Assembly: GCA_938091905.1 (NCBI GenBank) | Contig: CALKOM010000045.1 | Location: 1 to 23,751 of the forward strand | Length of the DNA stretch: 23,751 nucleotides | From: an uncultured Verrucomicrobiales bacterium | GTDB lineage: Bacteria > Verrucomicrobiota > Verrucomicrobiia > Verrucomicrobiales > DEV007 | Direction of reading: 5' to 3' | Shown: one piece after another, positions 17,264 through 23,751 of the stretch | Layout of the letters: each line of letters opens with the position of its first letter | Numbering within the stretch: position 1 is the first letter of the stretch | Position numbers and translations under genes: made by a program | Notes under the pieces: model-generated | Seen by the model: the letters and a program-made list of their open reading frames with translations, nothing else | Database searches by the model: none | What the model was told of the DNA's origin: nothing

Positions 17264-18574
17264 ATGGGACGTAGAAAGATCGAGATCGGACTGGCGGGCT
17301 TGGGCAATGTCGGCATGGGCGTCTACGCCAATGTCCTCAAGAATAGTGAATTGCTATCAAGGCGCGCCAACGCCCACCTCAATATCCGAAAGATCGCCGT
17401 CCGCGACCTGAAGAAGGCTCGCGATCACGAGCCTCCCATTCCCAGTGATCGCTTCACGAATCGCTGGGAAGACCTGATCGAAGACGACGAGGTCGACGTC
17501 ATTGTCGAACTCATCGGCGGCATCGATCAAGCGAAAGAGTTAGTGATTTCTGCACTTCGTAAGAAGAAGGTCGTTGTCACAGGTAATAAAGCTCTCCTCG
17601 CAGAACACGGGCAGGAGATCTTCTCACTGGCCAAAGAGATGGAAGTGCCCGTCTATTTCGAAGCTGCTGTTGCTGGGGGTATCCCCATCATTAAAGCCGT
17701 TCAAGAATCGCTTGTCGGCAATGCAATCCAGATGATTTCCGGAATCATCAATGGCACCTGCAACTACATCCTAACGCGCATGCGTGAGGAAGGTCTGAGC
17801 TATCAAGATGCACTCCAAGAAGCTCAGGTGCTTGGTTACGCAGAAGCAGATCCTACTTTGGACGTGAATGGCTGGGACGCCGGCCACAAGGCCGTCTTGT
17901 TAGGATCACTCGCGTCAGGTCGCTGGGTTCCCGCCGATCAGATTCACGTCGAAGGCATCGAGAACATTCGCCTCGGCGACATTCAGTTCGTCGAAACGAT
18001 GGGCTATACAGTTAAACTGCTAGGCATCATCCGCTGCACGGAAAACGAGCCACTCGAGGTGCGGGTACAGCCTTGTCTCGTTTCAAAACAGCACCTTTTA
18101 GCCTCCGTCAATGGCGTCTACAATGCGGTCATGGTAGAAGGCGATCTCGTTGGCGAAACGCTCTTCTATGGCAGCGGCGCGGGCCAGAACCCAACCTCCA
18201 GCTCTGTCATTGCGGATATCGTTGACGCTGCTGTAGGCCTGCAACATGACGAGAAACGTGGCTATGTGCCGTCCAATGAACTTGCTGCGGTGAAACCGAT
18301 CGAAGCGACGATCTCCCAATACTACTTGCGCCTCCATGTGGAGAATCGGCCAGGGGTGCTCGCGCAAATAGCCCAAATCATGGGCGGCCACGACATCGGT
18401 ATCACCTCCGTCCATCAACCCGAGTCTATGGCGGCCATGGCTGACTTGGTGTTGACGTTAGATCGTGCCCCTTATGGCTCAGTAAAACAAGCGATCGCTC
18501 AGATCCAAGGCTTGTCCTGCACGAGTGAGGACACCACCTTGCTTCGCGTCGAGTCCTTCGAAGATCCTGCTTAA
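17264..18574 (+). CDS. hom: Homoserine dehydrogenase with C-terminal ACT domain
   Basis: GLGNVG, VELIGG, VVTGNKALLA, FEAAVAGGIPII, GIINGTCNYIL, GYAEADPTLDVNGWDAGHK, GSGAG; ACT domain YYLRLHVENRPGVLAQIA. Confidence 0.96.
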   Translation: MGRRKIEIGLAGLGNVGMGVYANVLKNSELLSRRANAHLNIRKIAVRDLKKARDHEPPIPSDRFTNRWEDLIEDDEVDVIVELIGGIDQAKELVISALRKKKVVVTGNKALLAEHGQEIFSLAKEMEVPVYFEAAVAGGIPIIKAVQESLVGNAIQMISGIINGTCNYILTRMREEGLSYQDALQEAQVLGYAEADPTLDVNGWDAGHKAVLLGSLASGRWVPADQIHVEGIENIRLGDIQFVETMGYTVKLLGIIRCTENEPLEVRVQPCLVSKQHLLASVNGVYNAVMVEGDLVGETLFYGSGAGQNPTSSSVIADIVDAAVGLQHDEKRGYVPSNELAAVKPIEATISQYYLRLHVENRPGVLAQIAQIMGGHDIGITSVHQPESMAAMADLVLTLDRAPYGSVKQAIAQIQGLSCTSEDTTLLRVESFEDPA

Positions 18575-18583
18575 CTGCTTCCT

Positions 18584-19669
18584 ATGAATCACGACCAAGG
18601 CGTCATCTCCCGCTACCGAGACTATCTTCCGGTGAGTGAAGCTACTCCTGTAGTCTCGTTGAATGAGGGCTCCACTCCCCTTGTCCACGCACCACGCCTC
18701 TCGGCGAAGCTTGGCCAGGACTGTCAAGTCTACGTGAAGTACGAGGGCCTCAATCCTACCGGCTCATTCAAGGATCGCGGTATGACCATGGCCATCTCCA
18801 AGGCCGCCGAGGCTGGGGTGAAAGCAGTCATTTGTGCTTCCACTGGCAACACCTCCGCATCCGCCGCCGCCTATGCCGCCCGCGCTGGTATGGATTGCGT
18901 CGTTATCCTTCCCGCAGGCAAGATCGCCAAAGGCAAGCTTGCCCAGGCACTTGTCTACGGAGCCAAGGTTGTCGAAATCGATGGAAACTTTGACGATGCG
19001 CTCGAGCTGGTTCGCGAGATCGGTGCCTTAGATAACTTTGAAGTCGTCAACTCCATCAATCCGTTTCGCATCGAAGGGCAAAAGTCCGCTTCCTTTGAAA
19101 TCATTGAGACTTTAGGGAATGCTCCCGATCTTCATGTCTTGCCCGTAGGCAATGCTGGCAACATCACCGCGTATTGGAAAGGCTACACGGAGTTTCACGC
19201 CGCAGGCAAATGTCAAAGCCTCCCGAAGATGGTGGGCTTCCAAGCCGCAGGTTCAGCGCCGCTCTATCATGGAGCCCCAGTGACCAATCCTGAAACCATC
19301 GCCACTGCGATTCGCATTGGCAACCCCGCTAGCTGGGATGGGGCCATGACTGCCATCAACGATTCCGGCGGGCATCTTGACATTGTCACCGACGAAGAGA
19401 TTCTCGAAGCCCAACGCTGGCTAGCCTCAAACGAAGGCCTATTTGTCGAGCCCGCCAGTGCCGCCTCCATTGCCGGGCTGTTTAAGTGCCTCGACAAGGA
19501 TCGCCGTTGTGAGAAATGTCCTTTCGCCGTCGTCAAGCCGGGCAGCACTGTCGTCTGCACGGTCACGGGCCACGGCCTAAAAGATAGCGAGATCATTCTG
19601 AAGGCCGAGTTTCCCATGTTCAAAGCGAAGACCGATAAGGATGATGTCCTTCGCCAATTAGGCCTGTAA
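18584..19669 (+). CDS. thrC: Threonine synthase
   Basis: [16 protein letters not shown] (PLP lysine), [55 protein letters not shown]. Confidence 0.96.
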   Translation: MNHDQGVISRYRDYLPVSEATPVVSLNEGSTPLVHAPRLSAKLGQDCQVYVKYEGLNPTGSFKDRGMTMAISKAAEAGVKAVICASTGNTSASAAAYAARAGMDCVVILPAGKIAKGKLAQALVYGAKVVEIDGNFDDALELVREIGALDNFEVVNSINPFRIEGQKSASFEIIETLGNAPDLHVLPVGNAGNITAYWKGYTEFHAAGKCQSLPKMVGFQAAGSAPLYHGAPVTNPETIATAIRIGNPASWDGAMTAINDSGGHLDIVTDEEILEAQRWLASNEGLFVEPASAASIAGLFKCLDKDRRCEKCPFAVVKPGSTVVCTVTGHGLKDSEIILKAEFPMFKAKTDKDDVLRQLGL

Positions 19670-19672
19670 TCC

Positions 19673-20911
19673 ATGTCGCTTATTGTTCAGAAATACGGCG
19701 GCACATCCGTCGGCAGCACCGAGCGCATCAAGAATGTCGCGCGCCGGGTCATAGCCACTCAAGCCGAAGGACACAGCGTCATCGCCGTGGTCTCCGCTAT
19801 GGCAGGGGTCACTGACAATCTGCTCAAGCTCGCTAGCGAAGTCTCTTCCAACCCAACCAAGCGAGAAATGGACGTCCTGCTCGCCACGGGTGAGCAGACA
19901 ACTATTGCCCTACTTGCCATGGCAATCGATGAACTCGGAGGCAACGCCGTTTCACTCACCGGAGCACAAGCCGGGATCGCTACGGACGGTGATCACACAA
20001 AGGCCCGAATCAAGAACATCTCCCCGAAAGAAGTACATCGTCTTCTCGACGACGGCAACATCGTCATCATCGCCGGTTTCCAAGGCCAAGCCCCTGATGG
20101 ACGCATCTCGACGCTCGGTCGCGGAGGCTCAGACCTTTCTGCCATCGCCATGGCGTCAGCGGTTGGAGCTGATCGCTGCCAGATCCTGACAGATGTCGAT
20201 GGCGTCTACACCTGCGACCCTCGTGTCGTGCCCAATGCTCGTAAGATCGATGAGATCAGTTACGATGAAATGTTGGAAATGGCCAGCTCTGGCTCGAAGG
20301 TGATGCAGTCACGCTCGGTCGAGTTTGCCAAGAAATTCGGCGTCCTTTTTGAAGTCTGCTCAAGTTTAAATACAAATCCTGGAACCGTTGTCATGGAAGA
20401 GAAACCCCACATGGAAGCCGTCGTTATTCGCGGCGTCAGCCTCGAAAGGAATCAAGCCAAGGTGAGGGTAGGTAATGTGCCTGACCAGCCGGGCTTCGCC
20501 TCCCGCATCTTTCGCGCCATCGCGGACGCTGGTATCATCATCGACATGATCGTCCAGAACACCTCTGAAGATGGAGTGACGGACATTTCCTTCACACTCA
20601 ACTCGAACGAACTCGCCCAAGCCAAGGAAGTGTTGGAACAAGCCGTCGGTGATTTCGCAGAAGGCACCCGCGTCACTTTAGAAGAAGGCGTGGCCAAGGT
20701 CAGTGCCGTCGGTATTGGCATGCGCTCGCACTCAGGTGTCGCCGCAGACATGTTCACTTCCCTTGCTGATTCCAACATTAACATCAAGATGATCTCTACC
20801 TCAGAGATCAAGACCGCCGTCATCGTCGATGAAGCGGACGTCGAGGAAGCGGCACGCGTCGTTCACGACGGCTTTGGCCTTGGTGACAAGCCGATCCTCG
20901 CAGAAAGTTAG
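19673..20911 (+). CDS. lysC: Aspartate kinase (two ACT domains)
   Basis: VQKYGGTSV, VVSAM, TLGRGGSD, TDVDGVYTCDPR, ACT domains VPDQPG and VGIGMRSHSGVA, ISTSEIK. Confidence 0.95.
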   Translation: MSLIVQKYGGTSVGSTERIKNVARRVIATQAEGHSVIAVVSAMAGVTDNLLKLASEVSSNPTKREMDVLLATGEQTTIALLAMAIDELGGNAVSLTGAQAGIATDGDHTKARIKNISPKEVHRLLDDGNIVIIAGFQGQAPDGRISTLGRGGSDLSAIAMASAVGADRCQILTDVDGVYTCDPRVVPNARKIDEISYDEMLEMASSGSKVMQSRSVEFAKKFGVLFEVCSSLNTNPGTVVMEEKPHMEAVVIRGVSLERNQAKVRVGNVPDQPGFASRIFRAIADAGIIIDMIVQNTSEDGVTDISFTLNSNELAQAKEVLEQAVGDFAEGTRVTLEEGVAKVSAVGIGMRSHSGVAADMFTSLADSNINIKMISTSEIKTAVIVDEADVEEAARVVHDGFGLGDKPILAES

Positions 20912-21036
20912 AGTAGAACGGGGACTTCCAAACCGTTTCCCCAGCAAGACGTCGAGCCTATCACATTCGGCATCAAAGAGTATTTCTGTCGACAGCAGGC
21001 GAAGTTGCCAGAATTGACCAACCCGAACAAAGCACG

Positions 21037-22998
21037 CTAACCAGCCGGCGAGAAGCCCCGCTTGCGGAACGTCTCTTCCATCCTGTCATCAGGTTGCAGT
21101 CCAAGCTTCTTCGCTTCTTCATAGTGCTTGAAGGAACGTGCCAGGTCAGGGGATGCCTGCCGCCCAAGGGCGAGGCAAAGATTGTAGTGCCATCGCGGTT
21201 CGCGCGGCGCAAGCTCCACGGCCGACTGCAACGCCACCACCGCCTTTTCCAAGTCGCCTCGGAAATAGTAGATCAGACCAAGGAAACCTGTAGCGTCGCT
21301 TGCACCCGGGTTGAGTTCATGGGCTTTCCTGACCGCCATAATGGCATCGTCCACCGCATCCATGTAGTAGCAGCACACACCCAACATGTAGTGCACCCGG
21401 TCATTCGTAGGCTCTAGCAAGGCTCCGCGCTCAAAGAGACGTTGCGCCTCTTTCACATCATTCAGCTTTAATTTCGTCACCCCAAGATTGTAGATCGTTT
21501 CCATATGCCTGGGTGCAAAGTCGAGGATCTCCGCGTAATGCAGCTGCGCCTCTTCGAATCGCTCTTTCTCGAAGTTGAAAGCAGCCGCTTCCGCATAGCG
21601 AGAAATCTTGCGATCGACTGCCTCATTACCAACTTCTGAAGAAAGGCGAGCCAACTGGGCCACCGCCATGGTCGCTGCCCCTGCTCGTTGCACCACCGCC
21701 TTCTGCTCATCTGTAAGTGGGGCCTCTGCCGTGATGGAATCGATCTGGGCAATGAGCTCATCCGACCCCTCCTCAAGAGCCTCCAACTCAGCGATCACGA
21801 TCTCGCGCTTCTCTTGGCGAAATTTCTGCTGCTTGAGTTGTCGATCAATGATTTCACGGAGAACTTCATTCTCTTGGCGGACGGCTTCATCTTGAACCGA
21901 AGGAGGATTGAACGTGCTCTGCTGGGCATTCCCGTCGAGCAGCGCCTGCATGTCCACCAAACGCTGCTGGGCCTCAGCATTCTCATTCTTTAGCAGAACC
22001 AGCTCCATCTTAAGCTGACTTACCTCCTCTTTCAGACTGGCGATCTCTGCTTCATTCTCAAGCTTGTCCAACTCTAACTCATCCACACGGCGCTGAGCCA
22101 CGTTGAGCATCTCGCGAAGTTTCGAATTCTCGGTCGCAAGCGCCAACGTCGAATCCCCCGTCTGAAGCCCCTTGATGATCGCCGTCATGTCATCGCGCTG
22201 GCGCGTCACCTCCTCCAGTTGAAGGCTCATCTGCTGCCGCTCATTCTCAATTCTTTCGAACTCTGCTAGAAACTCCCTGTTCTGCTTGTTCACTTCCGTG
22301 AGCCCGGCTGTCGCCGTCTCCAATTGCGTTGTAAGATCCTCCACTTGATTCTTCAGAGCCACGACACCCACCCCATCCAATCGTTTCAATTCCACCTGGG
22401 CGTTTGCCAGTTGTGTCTCTAACTGCGCCACACGCTCTCGCTCTTTCCCCAAAGCACGATTGGATGCCATCGTATGAGACTGCTGCTCCTGGCTCTGGGT
22501 GATAAGCTTGTTGCGAGACTCTCGCAAAGTGTCTACCTCACGCTGAAGTTGTTGATACTTCTGTCTGGGCGTGGCCGCTCGTGGGAGTGGTGCGATGACA
22601 CCAGGGCGACTCCATGGTTTCACCGCAATCCCGGGACCACCCGGACCGCGCTGCGGAAGCCCCATGTCATCTACATTCTTTTGGTCTAGAGCCAGGTCCT
22701 GGTAGCGCGCGTAGTCCCTCCGAACTTTCTTTCGCCGATTGTCTAACATCTCGGTCTGCCAAGTCGGCCACTTCAAGGCAATCGAATCATACATCTCACT
22801 TGCCTCACGGGATTTGGCCGCCGCCAACTCATAGTTCAGCGCATCCTCATGACGCCGCGCCTCCTGGAGCAGCATGTGGCCCTGAAGGAAGATATCACCC
22901 GGCTTCAACTCTCGCTGGGCATGCGCACCCGTAAGTGTGGCTGTCACTAGACAAAGCACCAGGAATCTGAAAACCGAGGGAAAAGGCATGGAAAGCAT
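21037..22998 (-). CDS. Exported long coiled-coil protein with C-terminal TPR repeats
   Basis: Signal-like N-terminus (FRFLVLCLVTATLTGAHA), a long E/Q/L-rich heptad region, then several TPR motifs (TIYNLGVTKL, VHYMLGVCCY, FLGLIYY, WHYNLCLAL). The start may be 22998 or 22989. Confidence 0.8.
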   Translation of the reverse strand: MLSMPFPSVFRFLVLCLVTATLTGAHAQRELKPGDIFLQGHMLLQEARRHEDALNYELAAAKSREASEMYDSIALKWPTWQTEMLDNRRKKVRRDYARYQDLALDQKNVDDMGLPQRGPGGPGIAVKPWSRPGVIAPLPRAATPRQKYQQLQREVDTLRESRNKLITQSQEQQSHTMASNRALGKERERVAQLETQLANAQVELKRLDGVGVVALKNQVEDLTTQLETATAGLTEVNKQNREFLAEFERIENERQQMSLQLEEVTRQRDDMTAIIKGLQTGDSTLALATENSKLREMLNVAQRRVDELELDKLENEAEIASLKEEVSQLKMELVLLKNENAEAQQRLVDMQALLDGNAQQSTFNPPSVQDEAVRQENEVLREIIDRQLKQQKFRQEKREIVIAELEALEEGSDELIAQIDSITAEAPLTDEQKAVVQRAGAATMAVAQLARLSSEVGNEAVDRKISRYAEAAAFNFEKERFEEAQLHYAEILDFAPRHMETIYNLGVTKLKLNDVKEAQRLFERGALLEPTNDRVHYMLGVCCYYMDAVDDAIMAVRKAHELNPGASDATGFLGLIYYFRGDLEKAVVALQSAVELAPREPRWHYNLCLALGRQASPDLARSFKHYEEAKKLGLQPDDRMEETFRKRGFSPAG

Positions 22999-23009
22999 GG
23001 AAAGATAGA

Positions 23010-23037
23010 AACGTAAGAAATTTTAGCGATAAGGCAA
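23010..23037 (-). promoter_or_regulatory. Possible sigma70-type promoter for the coiled-coil/TPR gene
   Basis: Minus strand TTGCCT-N16-TACGTT, ending 11 bp before ATG 22998, in an AT-richer intergenic region. Consensus match only. Confidence 0.3.
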
Positions 23038-23105
23038 GCCCACGCCGACTTTGACCCGAATTTAGTTGCATTCTAAACGCTGCCAGTCACGGTTTTAACC
23101 GAATC

Positions 23106-23720
23106 GTGAGTGCTACTCTGAACAGGCAAGTGCTTGTGCTCAACCGGTTGTGGCAACCGGTCAATATGTGCTCGGCTCGACGCGCCATTACTTTGGTCTT
23201 TCTCGGCCACGCCCACGTCGTCGGCACGGACGAAGACGATCAGTATTTCACCCACGACGTGGGGTCCTGGATGGATCGCTCCACCCTATCAGCGCCTGAG
23301 AAATCCGTAGTGCGATCGATCTCCCACCAGTTCCTCGTGCCCGAGATCATCGTCCTCTCACTCTTCGATCGGCTTCCCAAGAAGCAGGTCAAGTTCACCC
23401 GGGAAAACATTTACCGCCGCGATGCCTACCGCTGCCAGTACTGCGAGGATCGTTTCGAACCGAAGGAACTCAATCTCGATCACGTCATCCCCCGCGACAA
23501 AAGCGGTCGCACTAGTTGGGACAATGTCGTCACCTCCTGCATCCCCTGCAACACGCGCAAGGCGAACAAGCTCCCCGAGCAAGCCCGCATGTTCCCTCGC
23601 AGACCACCCAAGGCGCCAAGCTGGCGGCCCCTATTCAGCACCACTTCTCGCCCCCTCCCCTGCGACAGCTGGAGCCACTTCATCGACTTGAACGAAGGCG
23701 ACGTCGCTCTGACAGAGTAG
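23106..23720 (+). CDS. HNH endonuclease (McrA-like, Zn-binding)
   Basis: VLVLN N-terminus, FTRENIYRRDAYRCQYC, LDHVIPR, SWDNVVTSCIPCNTRKAN. Confidence 0.92.
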   Translation: MSATLNRQVLVLNRLWQPVNMCSARRAITLVFLGHAHVVGTDEDDQYFTHDVGSWMDRSTLSAPEKSVVRSISHQFLVPEIIVLSLFDRLPKKQVKFTRENIYRRDAYRCQYCEDRFEPKELNLDHVIPRDKSGRTSWDNVVTSCIPCNTRKANKLPEQARMFPRRPPKAPSWRPLFSTTSRPLPCDSWSHFIDLNEGDVALTE

Positions 23721-23751
23721 CCCTCAGAGGCCTGCCATCGCCGTTCGCGCA

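Noticed and set aside
20912..21036. Intrinsic terminator between convergent lysC and the TPR gene
   Set aside because: No strong GC stem followed by a U-tract on either strand.
23106..23720. HNH gene as an IscB/Cas9-like or mobile homing nuclease
   Set aside because: Only 204 aa, with no RuvC motifs and no flanking repeats or element ends; it fits the common stand-alone McrA-like HNH family.

Overview
Bacterial chromosomal window, most likely from the Verrucomicrobiota (inferred from a PVC-type heme-binding CxxCH protein and other lineage-typical proteins). The intact genes are an HI0933 flavoprotein, the PVC-type heme protein, a BNR/sialidase-like protein, a DUF445 protein, a dipeptide epimerase, an NlpC/P60 peptidase, pyrE, gluQ, a cyclophilin, hom-thrC-lysC, a coiled-coil/TPR protein and an HNH nuclease. 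Among them are many decayed accessory genes that the ORF track hides or splits. A GT2 glycosyltransferase and a SAM methyltransferase each carry one in-frame TAG. A ~4.5 kb decayed block (7.9-12.3 kb) holds a 3'-truncated IS1182-family element fused tail-to-tail with a TPR gene broken by a perfect 38-bp tandem duplication, a doubly frameshifted HNH-type gene, a probably 5'-truncated hypothetical gene, and a secreted-protein gene with two frameshifts and a TAG. The right end of a second copy of the same IS sits at the window start. The heme protein appears to carry a circularly permuted NPCBM/CBM51-like module. I saw no rRNA, tRNA or CRISPR array and no complete novel multi-gene system. The main signals are selective genome erosion and a few unusual protein architectures. 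All family assignments come from motif recognition, not database searches.
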